Below, piece by piece: positions 37,782-47,249 of a DNA stretch of 64,000 nucleotides. The translations under genes were made by a program, and so were the position numbers. The stretch lies in IMG/VR virus record IMGVR_UViG_3300034063_000636, positions 44,215 through 108,214 of that record. One strand, 5' to 3'. A model generated the notes under the pieces. The model had not been told where the DNA came from, searched no databases, and saw only the letters and a program-made list of their open reading frames with translations. This DNA comes from a virus. Position 1 is the stretch's first letter, and each line of letters opens with the position of its first letter.

Positions 37782-38675
37782 ATGCCAATGATTGGAACAT
37801 TTGGTGCTGGATCAATAGGAAGTTATGGAAGGCGTGGTGGACGTGCTGGTCCAGCTCCTGGAACTTTGATTTTAGGTGTTACCAGTGGGTCATCGTCATT
37901 TACAATACCAGTCGGCGTGGCACAAATTAAAGTTTATGGTGCTGCAGGAGGCGGTGGTGGATCAGACTCGAGCCCATCAACTTCTAACGGCGGTGCTGGT
38001 GGCGGTGGTGGTGAATCGCAAATTGTCGGATATACAATAAACGTCACTCCTGGAGAAACATTAACATATTCTGTTGGTTCAGGTGGTTCGGGTGGCGTTG
38101 ATGCTGATGGAAGTGCTGGCGGATCTACGATTATTCAAAGATCTGGCTCAACCATATTCTCGTTGGCTGGTGGTGGCGGCGGTTCTGTCAGTCAAACTGG
38201 TGGCACTGGCGGCACACTAGGATCATTTGGAAGTCATGGTGGTGGTCCAGGTGGATCGGGTGGACCAAGATTTAATCCTGGTGGTTCAGGCACTTCTGGC
38301 GTAGGAGCAAGAGGTGGCGGTGGTGGCGGTGGATTCGGTGACAACTCGCCACCTATTAATGGTGCGGCAGGTGGTTCTGGTGGAAGTTCTACAGATACGA
38401 GCACTTTCCCAGGAAGTCTTGCATTAGGTACTAGCGGTGGTGGTGGCGGACCAGCGCAAAATGATGGAACTAGTGTTCCTGCTGCGACTGCTGGTCGTGG
38501 TGGAATTTATTTTTACTCAGGTGGCGGTGGTGGTGCTGGCGCAGGGGTTAGATTCCCTGTTGTTTCGTCGCTATACTTTGGAGGCGGCGGTGGTGGAACT
38601 GGCGGTATTGATGGAGGTCTTAACCCATCAGGTGGTGCTGGAGCGCCAGGAATTTTATATGTGGTAGTGGCATAA
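37782..38675 (+). CDS. Glycine-rich adhesin, single domain
   Basis: MPMIGTFGAGS..SYG N-terminus; FTIPVGV..IKV..AAGGGGG...GAPGILYV. Confidence 0.78.
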   Translation: MPMIGTFGAGSIGSYGRRGGRAGPAPGTLILGVTSGSSSFTIPVGVAQIKVYGAAGGGGGSDSSPSTSNGGAGGGGGESQIVGYTINVTPGETLTYSVGSGGSGGVDADGSAGGSTIIQRSGSTIFSLAGGGGGSVSQTGGTGGTLGSFGSHGGGPGGSGGPRFNPGGSGTSGVGARGGGGGGGFGDNSPPINGAAGGSGGSSTDTSTFPGSLALGTSGGGGGPAQNDGTSVPAATAGRGGIYFYSGGGGGAGAGVRFPVVSSLYFGGGGGGTGGIDGGLNPSGGAGAPGILYVVVA

Positions 38676-38676
38676 A

Positions 38677-38683
38677 ATAAATA
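38677..38683 (+). promoter_or_regulatory. T4-type late promoter box
   Basis: Intergenic ATAAATA upstream of ATG 38694. Confidence 0.5.
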
Positions 38684-38693
38684 GGAATAGAAA

Positions 38694-38903
38694 ATGTCAA
38701 CAACAGTCGCAACAATAGATGTCGGTGGAACAGGAGCGAATACAGCTGCTGCAGCTCGCGTCAATCTTGGTGTTACAAATTATAATTTCGTGAACACTGG
38801 AACTGTTCAAGTGACTGTAACGAATACAACAACAGGAAACGCGAATGTTTCCTTTACCGCTGCAGATGCAGGGTTCAATCCATTTTTATTAGCAGGTATG
38901 TAA
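38694..38903 (+). CDS. Micro fibre/stalk protein (69 aa)
   Basis: GGTGANTAAAARVNLG tail-fibre motif; NFVNT.TVQ.TV....GNAN.SF shared with the 35757 protein; hydrophobic end FNPFLLAGM. Confidence 0.8.
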   Translation: MSTTVATIDVGGTGANTAAAARVNLGVTNYNFVNTGTVQVTVTNTTTGNANVSFTAADAGFNPFLLAGM

Positions 38904-38904
38904 G

Positions 38905-39231
38905 ATGCCAACAAATTATAAAGTATTAGGGCAAGCAGCAGTAACAACAGCGGTAGCAAATGTCTATACTGTCCCTGCTGCAACTCAAGCAGTTGTTTCA
39001 ACGGTTGTGATTACAAATAGAACAAGTTCAAATGTAAACTACAGACTCGCAGTTCAACCTGCTGGAGCAGCATTAGCCAATCAGCACTACATTGCTTATG
39101 ATGCAATTGCTGCAGCAAGCGATTCAATTGCTTTGACTTTGGGGCTCACTCTTGGCAACACTGATGTGATTTCAGCAAACGCATCAGCAAACAGTTTATC
39201 AATTAGCATCTTCGGTTCAGAAATCACCTAA
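38905..39231 (+). CDS. Adaptor-like small beta protein
   Basis: Paralog of 33018..33344. Confidence 0.75.
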   Translation: MPTNYKVLGQAAVTTAVANVYTVPAATQAVVSTVVITNRTSSNVNYRLAVQPAGAALANQHYIAYDAIAAASDSIALTLGLTLGNTDVISANASANSLSISIFGSEIT

Positions 39232-41789
39232 TGGCAACAAAGTCGTTTCTCCTCAACACACTTCGAAGTTCTTCGCGAATACTAAATCCGCGAGGGGCAA
39301 CGCCAGCACCAACTGTTTTTGAAATTGTTGTAGAAACATTTGCCAATACTACTACATGGACTGCACCAGAAGGTGTGACAAGTGTTGAATATTTGGTTGT
39401 TGGTGGCGGTGGAGCTGGTGGTTCTGGACCAGGAGTTGTTGGTCATGGTGGCGGCGGTGCTGGTGGATTCAGAACAGGCACTGGATTTGCAGTGACTCCA
39501 GGTAACACATATACAGTAACTGTTGGTGCTGGTGGAAGTGGTGGATATAACAGTTCAACTAACGGATCGAGTTCTATATTTTCCACCATCACATCTGCTG
39601 GCGGCGGTTATGGTGGAAGTTATAATGGAACTCCATCAAATATAAAGGGGGCGGACGGCGGTTCTGGTGGTGGTGCAAATTGGGACGGTTCTACAGGAAC
39701 ACCAAATATATTTGGTTTAGGCAATGTCCCTTCTGTAAGTCCGTCGCAAGGAAATAATGGGGGCACATCAAATAATAATTTTCCAGCATCTCGTGGCGGT
39801 GGTGGTGGCGGTGGAGCTGGTGGTGTTGGTGGCAACGCAAGTCCAAGCACAAATATTGCAGGCGCAGGTGGTGACGGTACTACATCTACAATTTTAGGTT
39901 CTAGTGTAACTTATGCTGGTGGTGGAGGAGGCGGTGCTGCTCCTGGAACTGCAGGTCCTGGTGGTTCTGGTGGAGGTGGAACTGGAAGTACAAATGGCGG
40001 TGCAGTAACTGCTGGAACAACAAACACTGGCGGCGGTGGCGGTGGGGGAAGTTCTCCTGGTCCATCAACATCTGGTGCCGTAGTTGGTGGTGCTGGCGGT
40101 TCTGGTATAGTTATTCTTAAATACACAAAATCAAACGCAAACGCTAATGCCAATGTTTGGGTCTTCAGAACATCAACAACTTGGACTGCTCCAGCTGGAA
40201 CAACATTGATTGATTATTTGGTGGTTGGTGGTGGCGGCGGTGGCGGCGGCAATTGGGGAGGCGGCGGTGGCGCAGGTGGATTCCGTACTGGAACTGGATA
40301 TACAGTTACATCAAATACATCTTACACAGTTACAGTGGGCGCTGGTGGATCTGGTGGTAACGGTGGAACATATCCTTCGGCTGGTGACGCCAATGCAAGA
40401 GGAGCAAACGGCTCTGTATCTATTTTTGCGCTTACATCAAACTCCTCAGCAAATGTCTCATCTTCTGGCGGAGGGGGAGGAGCAAATGGCAATAATCCTG
40501 GATCACCAGGAGCTCCTGGAAATATTGGTTTAGCAGGTGGTTCTGGTGGTGGATCAGGTTGGAGTAACTCAGGTGCTTCTGGAAATGTGCCAGGAACTGC
40601 ACCATCGCAAGGTAATAATGGGGGAAACGGTGGTCCAGGCGCGCCAAATTATGGTGGCGGCGGTGGCGGTGGTGCTGGTGCAGTTGGCAGTAATGGAATC
40701 TCTACGGCTGGTGGAGCAGGTGGAACAGGAACTGCATCATCATTATCTGGCACCTCAGTAACATACGCTGGCGGCGGTGGTGGAGGTTCTCAAAACGGCA
40801 CAAATGGTGCTGGTGGAGCTGGTGGCGGAGGAGCAGGTGCGCCTTCTCCTTCTAGCACAACTACTGCCGCTTCAGGAACAGCAGGAACAGGCGGTGGCGG
40901 CGGCGGCGGTGGATTTACTCCTGGTCCAAATGTTGGCGGAATAGGTGGTGCTGGTGGTTCAGGTATTGTTATTATTAAAGCAGTTTCTGGTGCTAACGCA
41001 AACGTAGCAACATTTACATCCTCTGGTTCTTGGACTGCACCTACTGGAGCAACGCAAGTCGAATATCTCGTTGTTGCTGGTGGTGGCGGTGGTGGAGCAT
41101 GGGTTGGTGGTGGCGGTGGTGCTGGTGGTTTAAGAACAGGAACTAATCTTGCTGTTACTCCTGGACAAACATACACAGTAACTGTTGGTGGCGGCGGAAC
41201 TGGTTGGAGTTTAGGTCCAAGTGGCAGTTTAACAACAACAGGTACAGTAGGAAGCAACAGTACATTTAATGCAGTTACTTCTATTGGCGGAGGATTTGGT
41301 GGTGGATACGGACCAAATAATCCTGCTGCGTCATCAGGAGGTTCTGGTGGCGGCGCTGGTGGTGGTGATGGTTATTCTACCACAGGATCAGCAGGAACTC
41401 CAGGACAAGGAAATAGTGGTGGTAATGGAACAGGTCAGCCGCTGTATTGTGGAGGCGGCGGTGGAGGCGCAGGTGCCGCAGGAAGTAATGGTGCATCAAA
41501 CCAAGGTGGCAATGGTGGCGCAGGATTAAGTTCAACCATCACTGGTGCAGCAGTTACATATGCTGGTGGTGGAGGCGGTGGCAACAATCCAAATCCAGGA
41601 GGCAATGCAGGAGCAGGTGGAACTGGCGGTGGTGGCGCAGGTGCTGCTTCAACACCATCTGGTGCAATTGCAACAGCAGGAACAGCAGGACTCGGTGGTG
41701 GCGGTGGTGGATCAGGTCAAAGCAGTTCACAACCACAATCTATAGGCGGCAATGGTGGCTCTGGAATCGTCATCCTTCGTTGGTCATAA
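39231..41789 (+). CDS. Glycine-rich adhesin, 3 domains
   Basis: Same scaffold as 33346..35718. Confidence 0.8.
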   Translation: MATKSFLLNTLRSSSRILNPRGATPAPTVFEIVVETFANTTTWTAPEGVTSVEYLVVGGGGAGGSGPGVVGHGGGGAGGFRTGTGFAVTPGNTYTVTVGAGGSGGYNSSTNGSSSIFSTITSAGGGYGGSYNGTPSNIKGADGGSGGGANWDGSTGTPNIFGLGNVPSVSPSQGNNGGTSNNNFPASRGGGGGGGAGGVGGNASPSTNIAGAGGDGTTSTILGSSVTYAGGGGGGAAPGTAGPGGSGGGGTGSTNGGAVTAGTTNTGGGGGGGSSPGPSTSGAVVGGAGGSGIVILKYTKSNANANANVWVFRTSTTWTAPAGTTLIDYLVVGGGGGGGGNWGGGGGAGGFRTGTGYTVTSNTSYTVTVGAGGSGGNGGTYPSAGDANARGANGSVSIFALTSNSSANVSSSGGGGGANGNNPGSPGAPGNIGLAGGSGGGSGWSNSGASGNVPGTAPSQGNNGGNGGPGAPNYGGGGGGGAGAVGSNGISTAGGAGGTGTASSLSGTSVTYAGGGGGGSQNGTNGAGGAGGGGAGAPSPSSTTTAASGTAGTGGGGGGGGFTPGPNVGGIGGAGGSGIVIIKAVSGANANVATFTSSGSWTAPTGATQVEYLVVAGGGGGGAWVGGGGGAGGLRTGTNLAVTPGQTYTVTVGGGGTGWSLGPSGSLTTTGTVGSNSTFNAVTSIGGGFGGGYGPNNPAASSGGSGGGAGGGDGYSTTGSAGTPGQGNSGGNGTGQPLYCGGGGGGAGAAGSNGASNQGGNGGAGLSSTITGAAVTYAGGGGGGNNPNPGGNAGAGGTGGGGAGAASTPSGAIATAGTAGLGGGGGGSGQSSSQPQSIGGNGGSGIVILRWS

Positions 41790-41790
41790 A

Positions 41791-41797
41791 ATAAATA
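41791..41797 (+). promoter_or_regulatory. T4-type late promoter box
   Basis: Intergenic ATAAATA followed by a GAGG RBS and ATG 41814. Confidence 0.6.
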
Positions 41798-41813
41798 CAA
41801 AGAGGTTACATTC

Positions 41814-41981
41814 ATGCCAGTAGTCGTATCAGTAGCACAAGGTGGAACAGGAGCAAATACATCAGCAGCAGCATTGACTGCTCTTGGTGCTGCGCCAACG
41901 GCTGCTTATGTACAGGCAAATAATGCATATGCGCAAGCAAACACAAAAGCATCAATCGGACTCGTCATCGCGTTGTCCTAA
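41814..41981 (+). CDS. Micro fibre/stalk protein (55 aa); not in the ORF track
   Basis: MPVVVSVAQGGTGANTSAAALTALGAAPTAAYVQANNAYAQANTKASIGLVIALS, with a GAGG RBS. Confidence 0.8.
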   Translation: MPVVVSVAQGGTGANTSAAALTALGAAPTAAYVQANNAYAQANTKASIGLVIALS

Positions 41982-41993
41982 TCGGAGTCAATA

Positions 41994-42329
41994 ATGGCAG
42001 AAACATTTAAATTTGTAAACGCAACGCTAACGACAGCAGCGATTACTTCACAAAACCTTTATACTTCCCCAGCACTTACAACTTCGATTGTGTTCATGGG
42101 GCAGATTGCAAATAGTGATGGCGCGAATGCTGCAATGTTCTCTGTCACTGCAACTGATGCCAGTGGAGCAAGCACAAAGTATTTGGCAAGAGACATTCCT
42201 GTTCCTGCTGATTCTGCAACGACATTCTTGACTGGCAAACTCGTTCTCGAAGCTGGCGATTATATCTCCGCAAATGCAAATTCTAACGCACACATCGATG
42301 TTTCACTCAGCATTCTTCAATTGACATGA
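41994..42329 (+). CDS. Adaptor-like small beta protein (divergent)
   Basis: LYTSPA.TTSIV...IAN...KLVLEAGD.I; same size and position as the two adaptors above. Confidence 0.7.
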   Translation: MAETFKFVNATLTTAAITSQNLYTSPALTTSIVFMGQIANSDGANAAMFSVTATDASGASTKYLARDIPVPADSATTFLTGKLVLEAGDYISANANSNAHIDVSLSILQLT

Positions 42330-44953
42330 GTTATCTTTTCCTTGGTAAACGCAATTTGCTAGGCAGTAATGCTGCAAATACAGCAGGCATTTGGCGTGCT
42401 GAAGATATTACGCAGATGCGATATTATGATTTTATTAGAGGACCAGTCGCCGCACAAGAAATTATTGTTGAAGTATTCGCTAATACAACTACGTGGACAG
42501 CACCAACAGGTGTAAGCGAAGTCGAATATCTTGTTGTCGGTGGTGGAGGTGGTGGTGGGGCTGGACCTTCATCTGGCTATGGTGGAGGTGGCGGCGGTGC
42601 TGGTGGATTTAGAACAGGCACTGGATATTCTGTAACTCCTGGCGTATCTTATACAGTAACTGTTGGAGCAGGTGGAAATGGCGTTTCTCCTGCTACTAAT
42701 GCACTTGGTTCAAATGGATCTTCTTCTGTATTTGGTAATTCTCCAAATGCGATAACATCGGCGGGTGGTGGAGGTGGCGGTGCTGCTGCATCACCACTAC
42801 ACATAGGATTAAGTGGTGGCTCAGGCGGTGGCGGCGGCGGATCAACCACAAGCAACGGTGGTGTCGGAAATACGCCAAGCACATCTCCATCGCAAGGAAA
42901 CAATGGTGGCACAGGAGCTGCTGGTCCATTAGGTGGAGCTGGTGGTGGAGGTGGCGCAGGAGCAGTTGGCAATAATGGATCATCACCAGGAGTTGGTGGT
43001 AATGGCGGTGCTGGATCCTCCTCTACAATTGCTGGTGCTTCTGTAACTTACGCTGGTGGTGGTGCTGGCGGCGCAACATTTGCTGCAGGAGCTAGCACTG
43101 GTGGTGCTGGTGGTGGTGGAAATTCTGTTCCTAACGGCACAGCCAATAACGGCACTGCAAGTACAGGTGGTGGTGGAGGTGGTGGTAGCACAAATCCAGG
43201 AACAACTTATGCTTCTGGTTCAGGTGGCTCTGGCGTCGTAGTCATCAAATACACAAGACCAAACGCAAATGCTGCTGCCAATGTCTGGGTCTTCAGAACA
43301 TCAACAACTTGGACTGCTCCAGCCAATACAACTTTAATCGATTATCTTGTAGTTGGTGGCGGAGCTGGTGGAGGATTTTTAGGTGGTGGTGGAGGAGCAG
43401 GTGGGTTCAGAACTGGATCTGGATACTCAGTTACACCAGCAACATCATATACAATTACAGTGGGTGCTGGTGGTAATGGTGGATTATATCCATCATCAAC
43501 TGCTGCATCAAATGGTAGCGTATCTATTATTGCTCTTACAAGCAATGCATCATCAAACGTGTTTTCTTCTGGTGGCGGCGGTGGAGGCAGTCACAATTCT
43601 CCAGCTGCAGGTTCGCCGAATCTAGGATTTAATGGTGCATCGGGTGGTGGTGGTGGATCATCTGGTGGTTCTGGTCCAGGCGGAACAGGAAATATACCTG
43701 CTGTAAGTCCATCACAAGGAAATAATGGCGGCAATGCAGCTGGAAATGCACCACCTGGATATGGTGGAGGCGGAGGAGGTGGCGGAGGAGCATCAGGTAA
43801 TACTGGAACTAGTTCTGCAGGTGGAAATGGTGGAATTGGCATAGCATCTACGATGTCTGGTGTTTCTACTTTTTATTCTGGTGGCGGTGGTGGTGGTTCA
43901 CAGCAAAATACAACACGTGGGGTTGGTGGTGCTGGCGGTGGCGGCGATGGGAATTCTGGAAACCCAGCAACAGTTCCATATGCAGGAAATAATGCAATAA
44001 CAAACACTGGCGGTGGTGGCGGTGGCGGTGGATGGAATCCTAACACCTATGGCGCGGGTGGTGCTGGCGGATCTGGAATAGTTATCATCAAAGCAATCTC
44101 TGGTGCGAATGCAAATCTAGCCACGTTTACTTCTTCAGGTTCATGGACTGCACCAACAGGCGCGACACAGGTTGAATATCTCGTTGTTGCTGGCGGAGGC
44201 GGTGGTGGTTGGTTAAGTGCAGGTGGTGGTGGTGCAGGAGGTCTTCGCGTTGGAAGTGGGTTATCTGTAACTGCAGGTCAAACTTATACTGTTACTGTGG
44301 GTGCTGGCGGTACTGCAGCAACTGGTTCAACTGGTAGTCCTTATGCAACATCAAGCGGCGGTTCTGGAGGCAACTCAACATTTAGCACAATTACATCTAA
44401 TGGTGGTGGTGGTGGTGGAGCATATAATTCTGCTGGTCCTGCTTATCAAAATGGAGTTGCTGGTGGTTCTGGTGGCGGTGGCGCCATAGGTGAACCATCT
44501 CTCGGTGGGGTTGGAGGCGCAGGAAATACGCCAGCAACTTCTCCGTCGCAAGGAAATGGTGGCGGAACTGCAAATTATAATTCACCAGGTGGAACTTATT
44601 CTGGTGGTGGTGGAGGAGGTGCAGGTGCAAATGGAACATCTGCAGCAGCTGCAACTGGCGCTGGTTCTGGTGGTTCAGGAGTATCCTCTACAATCACAGG
44701 TATTGCAGTAAATTATGCTGGTGGCGGTGGTGGTGGCTGTCATAATAGTAGCACCAATAACACACTAGGTGGCGTTGGTGGCACTGGAGGCGGTGGTAAT
44801 GGCGCAGTTGGTCCAGGATTTGTAAGCACTTCAGCCACAACCAATACAGGTGGCGGTGGTGGAGGTGGTGGCTGGAATCCAGGTGGACCTAATTCCAATG
44901 GCGCTCAAGGTGGAACTGGTGGCTCAGGTATTGTCATTCTCCGCTGGTCATAA
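42326..44953 (+). CDS. Glycine-rich adhesin, 3 domains
   Basis: Same three-domain scaffold with a different N-terminal peptide (AGIWRAED). Confidence 0.8.
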   Translation: MSYLFLGKRNLLGSNAANTAGIWRAEDITQMRYYDFIRGPVAAQEIIVEVFANTTTWTAPTGVSEVEYLVVGGGGGGGAGPSSGYGGGGGGAGGFRTGTGYSVTPGVSYTVTVGAGGNGVSPATNALGSNGSSSVFGNSPNAITSAGGGGGGAAASPLHIGLSGGSGGGGGGSTTSNGGVGNTPSTSPSQGNNGGTGAAGPLGGAGGGGGAGAVGNNGSSPGVGGNGGAGSSSTIAGASVTYAGGGAGGATFAAGASTGGAGGGGNSVPNGTANNGTASTGGGGGGGSTNPGTTYASGSGGSGVVVIKYTRPNANAAANVWVFRTSTTWTAPANTTLIDYLVVGGGAGGGFLGGGGGAGGFRTGSGYSVTPATSYTITVGAGGNGGLYPSSTAASNGSVSIIALTSNASSNVFSSGGGGGGSHNSPAAGSPNLGFNGASGGGGGSSGGSGPGGTGNIPAVSPSQGNNGGNAAGNAPPGYGGGGGGGGGASGNTGTSSAGGNGGIGIASTMSGVSTFYSGGGGGGSQQNTTRGVGGAGGGGDGNSGNPATVPYAGNNAITNTGGGGGGGGWNPNTYGAGGAGGSGIVIIKAISGANANLATFTSSGSWTAPTGATQVEYLVVAGGGGGGWLSAGGGGAGGLRVGSGLSVTAGQTYTVTVGAGGTAATGSTGSPYATSSGGSGGNSTFSTITSNGGGGGGAYNSAGPAYQNGVAGGSGGGGAIGEPSLGGVGGAGNTPATSPSQGNGGGTANYNSPGGTYSGGGGGGAGANGTSAAAATGAGSGGSGVSSTITGIAVNYAGGGGGGCHNSSTNNTLGGVGGTGGGGNGAVGPGFVSTSATTNTGGGGGGGGWNPGGPNSNGAQGGTGGSGIVILRWS

Positions 44954-44956
44954 ATA
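44950..44956 (+). promoter_or_regulatory. T4-type late promoter box
   Basis: ATAAATA overlapping the stop codon, upstream of 44990. Confidence 0.5.
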
Positions 44957-44989
44957 GTTTCTTTAATATGTAATTGGGAGTATAATTGT

Positions 44990-45247
44990 ATGACTGACAA
45001 AATTTATCGTATGTATGGAATTAATACTGCAGTTGAACTCTTGCGTCCAGGCGCAAAGTGGGAATGGACTGGTGGCGTAGGTTTCTCTCGTTGGGAAGAT
45101 CCAAGACCAGTTCCTACAAAAGAAGAAGTCGAAGAGACAATGGAAAAGATCAAAGCATTTGAAGATTCCATTAATACAGTATGGACCGAGGAACAAATCA
45201 AAGAGATCCGCGGATATGAACAACAAATACAGGATGCTACAACTTGA
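44990..45247 (+). CDS. Small hypothetical protein (possible fibre assembly factor)
   Basis: GGAG RBS; AVELLRPGAKW...WED.RP.PT.EE pattern. Confidence 0.6.
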   Translation: MTDKIYRMYGINTAVELLRPGAKWEWTGGVGFSRWEDPRPVPTKEEVEETMEKIKAFEDSINTVWTEEQIKEIRGYEQQIQDATT

Positions 45248-45852
45248 ATATTTTTACATTATTTCCAACAGCAGTCGGTAAGTTTCAATTAGATAGAGAA
45301 TTAACAAAGCAAGAATTAAAGTTTATTGCTGATGCAGAACGTCGTCCAAATATGGGCAATCAAACAAGCGTAAACAATTACGTCTTGAAAGAAAAGCCTT
45401 TAAAGAAACTTGGCGATTTTCTACTTGAGTCAGCAAATAAATACTTGACTGAGATATACAAACCAAGAGATGATGTGAAACTATATATCACTCAATCTTG
45501 GTTGAATTATACTGAGAAAGGCGGCTATCATCACAAGCATGCACATCCGAATAGTTTTGTTTCTGGTGTGTTTTATGTAAATGCTGATGTCACCAAAGAT
45601 AAGATCTTTTTTTATGGTAATGAGCAGTACAAACAAATTAAGTTAGATCCAATCGAATTTAATTTGTATAATTCTGAATCATGGTGGTTAGAGGTAGGTG
45701 TGGGAGTATTATATCTTTTCCCATCTTCTTTGACTCACATGGTTGAGACTGTTCAGCATGAGGAAACGAGGATTAGTTTATCCTTCAATACTTTTTTGAA
45801 GGGAACTATTGGTAGTAATCACAATTTAACAGAGTTATTGATAGAGGAATAA
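45244..45852 (+). CDS. Putative 2OG-Fe(II) oxygenase (TIGR02466-like)
   Basis: WLN......HHKHAHPNS.VSGVFY...LFPS.LTH.V......RISLSFN. Confidence 0.82.
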   Translation: MNIFTLFPTAVGKFQLDRELTKQELKFIADAERRPNMGNQTSVNNYVLKEKPLKKLGDFLLESANKYLTEIYKPRDDVKLYITQSWLNYTEKGGYHHKHAHPNSFVSGVFYVNADVTKDKIFFYGNEQYKQIKLDPIEFNLYNSESWWLEVGVGVLYLFPSSLTHMVETVQHEETRISLSFNTFLKGTIGSNHNLTELLIEE

Positions 45853-45854
45853 AA

Positions 45855-46226
45855 ATGGCACACTTTGCAGAATTAGACGCAAATAATGTTGTTTTACGAG
45901 TCATCGTTGTAGGAAATGCAGACACATCAGATGCCAGCGGTGTTGAAAAGGAACACATTGGCGCTGCTTTCTGCGAAAAACTATTTGGTGGCACTTGGAA
46001 GAAAACATCTTACAACGGTAACATTCGCAAGCGTTATGCTGGCGTTGGCTACACATACAATGCTGATCTAGACGCTTTCGTCCCACCAAAGCCATATGCT
46101 TCATGGACTTTGAACAACACCACTGCTGATTGGGAAGCACCAGTCGCAATGCCTGTTGAAGAAGGCAAAATGTTCTCATGGAACGAAGAAACAGGCGCAT
46201 GGGTTGAAACTCCAGGCATGGTCTAA
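45855..46226 (+). CDS. Phage hypothetical protein (possible fibre assembly chaperone)
   Basis: MAHFAELD.NNVV.RVIVV...WKKTSYN...RKRYAG.G.TY....DAF..PKPY.SW; strong GAGG RBS. Confidence 0.65.
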   Translation: MAHFAELDANNVVLRVIVVGNADTSDASGVEKEHIGAAFCEKLFGGTWKKTSYNGNIRKRYAGVGYTYNADLDAFVPPKPYASWTLNNTTADWEAPVAMPVEEGKMFSWNEETGAWVETPGMV

Positions 46227-46243
46227 AATAGGAAGTATTCGTT

Positions 46244-46819
46244 ATGATGTCAATGAACGTGAAAGATTATGTGAAAATCTATGATGATTTTCTTGATAAG
46301 AAACTATGTAAAGCAGTTGCCAAGAAGTTAAAGAAAGCTGATTGGCAACTGCATACATTTTATCAAGCAACCACTGGCGAATTTATTAGTTACGATAAAG
46401 AACTCTCGATTTCTTATGGTAAAGATCTAGAAGAAACTCAAGAGATTCAGAAGAAAATTTGGTTTGCGATTGAGCAATATGTGATGAAAGATCATGCGCA
46501 TATGGCTGATTGGTTTAGTGGTTGGAATGGTTATACTCAGGTTCGATATAATCGTTATAACACTGACACGCAAATGAAATTGCACTGTGATCATATTCAT
46601 AGTATGTTTGACGGAACACGAAAAGGTATTCCGACTCTTTCTATTCTAGGATCGTTAAACGATGATTATGAAGGCGGTGAGTTAGTATTTTGGGAAAGCG
46701 AAGCGATTCATCTCAAAGCAGGATCGATTATGATTTTCCCAAGTAACTTTATGTATCCGCATAAGGTTATGCCTGTGACAAAGGGAACAAGATATTCATA
46801 TGTCTCATGGGCATGGTAA
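46244..46819 (+). CDS. 2OG-Fe(II) oxygenase, prolyl-4-hydroxylase-like
   Basis: HCD (HxD), LNDDYEGGEL and FPSNFMYPHKV.PVTKGTRYS. Confidence 0.87.
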   Translation: MMSMNVKDYVKIYDDFLDKKLCKAVAKKLKKADWQLHTFYQATTGEFISYDKELSISYGKDLEETQEIQKKIWFAIEQYVMKDHAHMADWFSGWNGYTQVRYNRYNTDTQMKLHCDHIHSMFDGTRKGIPTLSILGSLNDDYEGGELVFWESEAIHLKAGSIMIFPSNFMYPHKVMPVTKGTRYSYVSWAW

Positions 46820-46830
46820 AATACAAGTAG

Positions 46831-47223
46831 ATGGCAGACAAACTTCACGGTCGAGCAATTCAAACTAATTCGATTCCTGTCGATAGAATAGTGCCAGGGA
46901 CAATTACTCTTGATCAATGCGACGCCACGATTGATAACTATGTCAACGATGGTGGTCGACCTTTTATAAGATCTATTAGTTACTTCGGTTCAAATACAAC
47001 AGCTGCAACTAGCGGTGGTCAAACTGTTCGATTGACAGGCAGCAATTTCGCAGCGAACATCCAGATTTATGTAAACACTTCTGCTGCCCCTGCAGTCTCC
47101 AGAACTAATGCCAATTCCGTTTCCTTTACAACTCCAGGAAACGAAGCAGGAACTTATTTGGTTTATGCTATTAATCCTGATGGAGGATTTGCGATTCTAG
47201 TGCCTGGAATTGTTTATGCATAA
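46831..47223 (+). CDS. IPT/TIG-like domain protein; short paralog of the next gene's N-terminus
   Basis: Colinear with aa 1-131 of 47250..51818 (MADKL.G.AI...GTYLVY.IN..GG.AILVPGI.Y). Confidence 0.8.
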   Translation: MADKLHGRAIQTNSIPVDRIVPGTITLDQCDATIDNYVNDGGRPFIRSISYFGSNTTAATSGGQTVRLTGSNFAANIQIYVNTSAAPAVSRTNANSVSFTTPGNEAGTYLVYAINPDGGFAILVPGIVYA

Positions 47224-47226
47224 ATA
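47220..47226 (+). promoter_or_regulatory. T4-type late promoter box
   Basis: ATAAATA overlapping the stop codon, upstream of 47250. Confidence 0.55.
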
Positions 47227-47249
47227 AAGAAAAATCATAGGATTTTCGA

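Noticed and set aside
31159-44953. Collagen-like proteins
   Set aside because: Gly occurs in runs (GGGGG, GGSGG), not in Gly-X-Y triplets.
44981-44986. TATAAT as a third sigma70 promoter
   Set aside because: No -35 element at the proper spacing, and it lies between the RBS and ATG 44990.
23400-45226. Many minus-strand and alternate-frame ORFs (poly-Pro, His-rich, Leu/Met-rich)
   Set aside because: These are shadows of the repetitive Gly/Ala codons of real + strand genes, with no independent support.
46204-46229. TTGAAA...TAAAAT upstream of oxygenase 46244
   Set aside because: The spacer is only 14 bp.
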